Positions 58,926 through 64,000 of a stretch of 64,000 bases of DNA are shown piece by piece. The position numbers and the translations under genes were made by a program. Each line of letters begins with the position of its first letter. Positions within the stretch are counted from its first letter, which is position 1. The notes below the pieces were generated by a model, which worked only from the letters and a program-made list of their open reading frames with translations, was not told the origin of the DNA and did not search any database. The stretch is taken from positions 22,151 to 86,150 of the forward strand of contig CAYNRJ010000002.1 in assembly GCA_964399865.1 (NCBI GenBank). The letters are read 5' to 3'. The stretch is from an uncultured Candidatus Saccharibacteria bacterium. Lineage in GTDB: Bacteria > Patescibacteriota > Minisyncoccia > Phycocordibacterales > UBA2100.

Positions 58926-61415
58926 ATGGGATTTTTTAAGAGGCTTCTAGGGGACGAGAACTCGGCCGCATTAAAGCGCGCTATGGCTGTCGTCGCGCCC
59001 ACTAATTCCTTTGAGGCTACTATACAAGCTCTTAGCGATGAGGCTCTCAAGGCTAAAACAGAGGAATTTAAGGCTCGTCTTACAGCTGGGGAGTCTCTCG
59101 AGGATATCGCTGCGGAGGCGTTCGCTGTTGTACGCGAGGCCTCACGTCGCACTTTAGGTCAGCGTCATTTTGATGTACAGCTTATCGGCGGAAAGATACT
59201 CCATAACGGCGATATAGCCGAAATGAGAACAGGCGAGGGGAAAACGCTTGTCGCGACCCTTCCCGCATATTTGAATGCACTTTCGGGAAAAGGAGTTCAC
59301 GTCGTTACAGTGAACGATTATCTCTCACGACGTGACGCGGTGTGGATGGGTCAGATCTACTTTGCTCTCGGCATGTCGGTTGGTGTGATCAATCATGAAG
59401 CCTCGTATCTCTACGATCCTGCTCATGCAAAGGATGACAAAGATCGTGATGAGCTAGGCGCATTCAAAGTCATGCATGACTTTCTTCGTCCTGTCACACG
59501 AAGAGAGAGCTATGCAGCAGATATAACGTATGGGACTAATAACGAGTTCGGTTTCGACTATCTTCGTGACAATCTCGAATATGAGCCAGGAGTTTTGCGA
59601 CAACGCGGATATCATTTTGCCATTGTCGACGAAATAGACTCTATCCTTATAGATGAGGCACGTACTCCTCTTATTATTTCCGCTCCTGTTTCCGACGCGG
59701 AAGACCTCTACGGGCGCTTCACCTCGATCGCAAGCACATTAGAGAAGGACACTGACTACGAAGTAGATGAGAAACGAAAGGCGATCTCTCTTACAGACGC
59801 TGGAATAGAAAAAGCACAAAAGGCACTTGGTATTGAGAATATCTATACCGATGCAGGTATTAAGTATGTACATCACCTTGAAACGGCAGTCCGCGCGAAG
59901 GCTCTTTTCATGCGGGATAAAGAGTATGTTATTCGGGACGGACAAGTCGTCATCGTCGATGAATTTACAGGCCGCCTTCAGCCAGGAAGACGTTGGAGCG
60001 ATGGTCTTCATCAGGCGATCGAATCAAAGGAGGGCGTGTCTGTTCAGAAGGAATCTCGCACATTCGCTTCGATAACTTTCCAAAACTATTTCCGCCTCTA
60101 CGAAAAATTGGCGGGCATGACGGGTACTGCGCTCACGAGCTCTGAAGAGTTCTTTAAGGTGTATGGACTTAATACCGTCGCAGTTCCTACTAACAAACAA
60201 AATCAGCGTAAAGATCTTGAGGATCTTATCTTCCAGACAGAGGAAGGAAAAATGCGCGCGATCGCTAAAAGCGTAAAGAAAATACATGAGACAGGTCAGC
60301 CGGTCCTTGTCGGTACAGTGTCAGTAGAAAAGAATGAGATCCTCTCGCTTCACTTCAAGCAAGAGGGCATCCCACACGAAGTATTGAACGCAAAGAATCA
60401 CGAACGTGAGGGTGAGATCATCGCACAGGCGGGAAGAAAGGGTGCGGTAACGATCGCAACGAACATGGCGGGCCGCGGTGTCGACATCAAACTTGGCGGA
60501 AATCCAGGTAGTGACGAAGAATACGACAGCGTAAAGAACATTGGAGGGCTATTCGTCCTAGGAACCGAACGTCATGAGGCACGTCGTATAGATAATCAGC
60601 TCCGTGGCCGATCAGGTCGTCAGGGAGATCCTGGCGCGACACAGTTTTTCGTTTCGCTCGAGGACGCGCTTATGAGGGTTTTTGCATCCGACATGATCAA
60701 GCGCGTCATGGGGACCTTCAAGATCCCAGTCGATGAACCGATCTACAATAAGATGATCACGCGTTCGCTCGAGAAAGCGCAGACTAAGATCGAAGAGTTC
60801 AACTTTGATGCGCGTAAGCATACGCTGGCGTATGACGATGTCTTGAACATCCAACGCAAAGCTATTTATGGACGACGTCGCGCACTCCTTACAGGTGGTA
60901 AAGCAGCAATTGATGAAGAATTGGCTCGCATCGCAGAATCGAACGAAGGACTTGTCTCTAGCATCGAAAAGAAGAGAGTGGAGCTCGGGGAAGCGTTTGA
61001 GGATACGGTTCGCAAATTTCTTCTTAGGAGCCTGGATTTTCTATGGGTGGAACATCTTGAACAGATGGAATACCTGCGCTCATCGGTCAATTTACGTGCC
61101 TACGGCCAGCGCGACCCTCTCATAGAGTATAAGAAGGAGGGCCTCAAGCTCTTCCATACACTTGAACTATCGTACGCAGGGCAGGTCGCAGAGGCCCTAC
61201 CAAACCTCGGCGCCTCTCAAAATTCCGGCTCACGCGTAGAAGTGCGAGCGGTGGAGCGCGCAGCACGCAATATAACGATGACGTCAAAGCCAGGAGAATC
61301 AAAGACATACGGCCGCAATGACAAAGTCATTATCACGGATGGCAAAGAGCAGAAAGAAATGAAATACAAGAAAGCCGAGGAATTCTTGGGGAAGGGTTGG
61401 AAGATAGTAGGATAA
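58926..61415 (+). CDS. secA: Preprotein translocase ATPase SecA
   Basis: EMRTGEGKT, VTVNDYL, YGTNNEFGFDYLRDN, VDEIDSILIDEARTPLIIS, ATNMAGRGVDI, RRIDNQLRGRSGRQGD. Confidence 0.97.
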   Translation: MGFFKRLLGDENSAALKRAMAVVAPTNSFEATIQALSDEALKAKTEEFKARLTAGESLEDIAAEAFAVVREASRRTLGQRHFDVQLIGGKILHNGDIAEMRTGEGKTLVATLPAYLNALSGKGVHVVTVNDYLSRRDAVWMGQIYFALGMSVGVINHEASYLYDPAHAKDDKDRDELGAFKVMHDFLRPVTRRESYAADITYGTNNEFGFDYLRDNLEYEPGVLRQRGYHFAIVDEIDSILIDEARTPLIISAPVSDAEDLYGRFTSIASTLEKDTDYEVDEKRKAISLTDAGIEKAQKALGIENIYTDAGIKYVHHLETAVRAKALFMRDKEYVIRDGQVVIVDEFTGRLQPGRRWSDGLHQAIESKEGVSVQKESRTFASITFQNYFRLYEKLAGMTGTALTSSEEFFKVYGLNTVAVPTNKQNQRKDLEDLIFQTEEGKMRAIAKSVKKIHETGQPVLVGTVSVEKNEILSLHFKQEGIPHEVLNAKNHEREGEIIAQAGRKGAVTIATNMAGRGVDIKLGGNPGSDEEYDSVKNIGGLFVLGTERHEARRIDNQLRGRSGRQGDPGATQFFVSLEDALMRVFASDMIKRVMGTFKIPVDEPIYNKMITRSLEKAQTKIEEFNFDARKHTLAYDDVLNIQRKAIYGRRRALLTGGKAAIDEELARIAESNEGLVSSIEKKRVELGEAFEDTVRKFLLRSLDFLWVEHLEQMEYLRSSVNLRAYGQRDPLIEYKKEGLKLFHTLELSYAGQVAEALPNLGASQNSGSRVEVRAVERAARNITMTSKPGESKTYGRNDKVIITDGKEQKEMKYKKAEEFLGKGWKIVG

Positions 61416-61467
61416 ACCCTCTTCTGTGGGCGTGCCGGGGACTTTTTTTAATGATACAGTGGGGCGC

Positions 61468-62922
61468 ATGAAAGCTGTGTACGTGCCCACAATAGGACTC
61501 GAGATCCATGCGGAACTTCGCACGAATACGAAGATGTTTTGCAATTCAAAAAATGATGCAGACGAGACGCGCCCGAACGTAAATATCTGCCCGGTGTGTT
61601 TGGCTCATCCAGGTACGCTGCCTGTTATAAATAGGGAAGCTGTAAAACACGTTCTGAAGGTGGGGCTAGCTCTCGGAGGAAAGCTCGCCGACTATACTGA
61701 ATTTGATCGCAAGAACTACTTCTACCCAGACCTCCCTAAGGGATACCAGCTCTCCCAGTATGAATACCCCCTCATCTCAGGCGGGGGGCTCGCTGGGGTA
61801 ATCCTTACCCGCATCCATCTAGAGGAGGATACAGCTAGCTCAGTCCATGATGAAAAGTCAGGGGCAACCCTTATCGACTACAACCGTGCCGGGGTCCCTC
61901 TTATGGAACTCGTGACGGAACCGGTCATAGGAAGTGCGGAAGAAGCTGGTCGTTTTGCTCGCGAACTTCAATTACTTCTTCGATATCTCGGTGCAAGTAA
62001 TGCGAACATGGAAAAAGGGGAGATGCGAGTTGAAGCGAATATAAGTATTTCCACAAAAGAAGATAAAGAAAAAAAGAAATTTGGAACAAAAGTGGAAGTA
62101 AAAAATCTGAATTCTTTTCGTGCGATGGAGCGCGCAATTCAGTATGAAATAAAAAGACAGACAGAGATTCTAGAAAGCGGCGAGAGCGTTATGCAACAGA
62201 CTCTCGGTTGGGATGAGGGGAAGCAAGCAACATTTCCGCAGCGAATAAAAGAAGGTTCTGCAGATTATCGTTATTTTCCCGATCCGGACCTACCTTCTCT
62301 AAAGCTCAGCGAGCTAACGGATCTTTCCCCGGAAGCTCTCAAAGAGGGTATGCCTGAATTGCCAGAGGCACGTCGTGCGCGCTACCTGTCGCTCGGTCTT
62401 AAGTCTGATGACGCCGACATGTTTGTCCGGGAAGTGGCAGTCGGGGGCTTCATGGACTCCCTTCTCCAGCTGTACAAAGGTAACACTGAGGGCGCTAAGT
62501 CTTCTGCAAATTACCTTGCGAACGATTTAATGAAAATTACCCGAGATACGAGAAAACCAGATGCAGAAATTATTGCCGAGATCCCTGTATCAGTGGAGAA
62601 TTTCAAGCAAATCATCGATATGGTCCTTGAATCGAAGATCTCTTCAAGAATTGCGAAAGACATGCTCCTTGTGTACGCAAACGGCGAGTCTGCATCTCCT
62701 ATTGAGTATGCAAAGAAGAACAATCTCATAACAGCTGAGAACGGTGCTGATACGGAGGTTCTTATCACCAAGATTGTATCTGAGAATCCTTCCGTGGTGA
62801 CCGACTACAAGAATGGAAAGACTGCTTCTCTCGAGTATCTCGTCGGCCAGTGTATGAAGGCCCTCCGAGGAGCAGCTAATCCCGTTGCTCTAAGAGAGGA
62901 GATAAAGAAGCGTATCGGCTGA
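61468..62922 (+). CDS. gatB: Asp/Glu-tRNA amidotransferase subunit B
   Basis: IGLEIHAEL, CPVCLAHPGTLP, FDRKNYFYPDLPKGYQ, RIHLEED, DYNRAGVPLMELVTEP, YRYFPDPDL. Confidence 0.96.
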   Translation: MKAVYVPTIGLEIHAELRTNTKMFCNSKNDADETRPNVNICPVCLAHPGTLPVINREAVKHVLKVGLALGGKLADYTEFDRKNYFYPDLPKGYQLSQYEYPLISGGGLAGVILTRIHLEEDTASSVHDEKSGATLIDYNRAGVPLMELVTEPVIGSAEEAGRFARELQLLLRYLGASNANMEKGEMRVEANISISTKEDKEKKKFGTKVEVKNLNSFRAMERAIQYEIKRQTEILESGESVMQQTLGWDEGKQATFPQRIKEGSADYRYFPDPDLPSLKLSELTDLSPEALKEGMPELPEARRARYLSLGLKSDDADMFVREVAVGGFMDSLLQLYKGNTEGAKSSANYLANDLMKITRDTRKPDAEIIAEIPVSVENFKQIIDMVLESKISSRIAKDMLLVYANGESASPIEYAKKNNLITAENGADTEVLITKIVSENPSVVTDYKNGKTASLEYLVGQCMKALRGAANPVALREEIKKRIG

Positions 62923-63000
62923 TTTGCACGCCGAGATGGCCTATTTCCTTCGTTTCTCGGACCCCTGTGGAATTTGCATATCTATCTCGCCAATCCGATA

Positions 63001-63006
63001 TATAAT
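63001..63006 (+). promoter_or_regulatory. Consensus -10 TATAAT, 6 nt before ATG 63013
   Basis: gataTATAATaccgagATG. Confidence 0.55.
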
Positions 63007-63012
63007 ACCGAG

Positions 63013-64000
63013 ATGACATCAGCGATGATCATCGATGGTAAGTCTTATCTCTCCTCTAAGGAAGCTGCTGTTCAAACTGGATACACTCAGGATTATATAG
63101 GTCAGCTCGCTCGAGCTGGTTCCATTGATGCGAAAAGAATAGGGGGCCTCTGGTACATCTTCCTGGACTCGCTAACTAGCTATAAGAAGCAGGCGGATAG
63201 CTATGTTCCAACTCCTCCGACGCGTGTATCACCTCAGGATGTTGATTCGTTCGTGTCTTTTGATGGTAAAGACTATATATCTGCGGCTCGGGCTGCCGAG
63301 ATAACAGGGTATGCCCAGGATTATGTCGGTCAATTGGCGCGCGAAGGTACAGTTTTGGCGAGACAGGTCGGTAGTCGTTGGTACGTATCAAGAGAAGACC
63401 TTGTAAAACACAAAGAGGAGAAAGATTCTCTCCTAGGAGCTGTGCAGGCAGCTGCCGTAGGCCTTAGTCGACCAAATAAACCGATAAAAGTAGTCGAAGA
63501 AGTCCCTGTAGAGGCCACTACGTCACATTTTAATTACTCTGATGACAAGAATGACCTAATGCCATCAATGAATCTAAACTCGAAGCAAGTGGAGGAGGGT
63601 TCGGAGGTAAGGAAGGGTGATGTATCTCAGGCCCCCCTAGAATCTGAATCAGGGGCCGCTCACAGTGAGGTAATAAAATCTATTCCAATACGTGTTGTCG
63701 AGGAGCAAGTGTACGAGAAAAAGGAGAAATCATTAAATACCTACGATACTACAAGAAGCTACGTGCCAAAAAGTGTCGAAAAAGCCCCAACTACCCGAAA
63801 GAGAAGCTACTCCATGGCCGTTTCAGCTGTCGTAATCGTTCTTGTAGTCGTTTCTGCTGGCTACCTAGCGTTAAAACCAGGCTCCGGACCAATCGCTGGC
63901 GCGAATACCGAATCTGTTGCAAACGAAGGATTGCTCGCGAGCGCTCCAAAGGGGGCGCAGGGATTCCTGGGATTTATTGAGAACATTCTAGCTCCCGAAA
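63013..64000 (+). CDS. Tandem excisionase/MerR-like HTH protein with a TM helix, 3' truncated by window edge
   Basis: Manually translated frame open to the end: YLSSKEAA..TGYTQDYIGQLARAG..GGLWY, YISAARAA..TGYAQDYVGQLAREG..GSRWY, TM MAVSAVVIVLVVVSAGYLAL at ~63814-63873. Confidence 0.75.
   Translation, partial: MTSAMIIDGKSYLSSKEAAVQTGYTQDYIGQLARAGSIDAKRIGGLWYIFLDSLTSYKKQADSYVPTPPTRVSPQDVDSFVSFDGKDYISAARAAEITGYAQDYVGQLAREGTVLARQVGSRWYVSREDLVKHKEEKDSLLGAVQAAAVGLSRPNKPIKVVEEVPVEATTSHFNYSDDKNDLMPSMNLNSKQVEEGSEVRKGDVSQAPLESESGAAHSEVIKSIPIRVVEEQVYEKKEKSLNTYDTTRSYVPKSVEKAPTTRKRSYSMAVSAVVIVLVVVSAGYLALKPGSGPIAGANTESVANEGLLASAPKGAQGFLGFIENILAPE

Noticed and set aside
1-64000. Alternative genetic code (TGA = Gly)
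   Set aside because: Many genes end at TGA exactly where the family ends, often in ATGA overlaps

Overview
Chromosomal window from a bacterium using the standard genetic code (TGA = stop). Gene content suggests a Patescibacteria/CPR (Parcubacteria-like) genome, which is an inference: a TraD/VirD4-like ATPase with a disordered tail, a lamin-tail/PKD surface protein, a Wzy_C+TPR ligase, a tandem-HTH membrane protein and a tiny Lys-rich ORF. About 54 kb (4.5-58.4 kb) is one large surface-glycan locus. It has 6 GT4, 4 GT2 and 3 GT-C-type glycosyltransferase domains, 2 GtrA flippases, an MBOAT/SGNH acylation pair, 4 SAM methyltransferases, 2 polysaccharide deacetylases and an AsnB-like amidotransferase. 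It also has a pseudaminic-acid-type pathway with amidino, methyl and formyl tailoring genes, a second NeuA/B/C pathway, an ABC flippase, a sulfatase-fold protein and an O-antigen-ligase/O-OTase-like protein. secA, gatB and a truncated HTH protein follow. The main oddity is a pyruvate kinase-ATP sulfurylase fusion in an operon with APS kinase inside the glycan locus. Others are a 1.07 kb membrane-protein cassette flanked by a 53-bp duplication of a gene 3' end, an inverted pair of ~70-bp structured repeats around a DnaA-box-like 9-mer, an unannotated 26-aa Lys/Arg peptide, and many -10 boxes 6-7 nt before start codons. No rRNA, tRNA, CRISPR array, integrase or transposase was recognised. All product calls come from reading motifs by eye, not from database searches.
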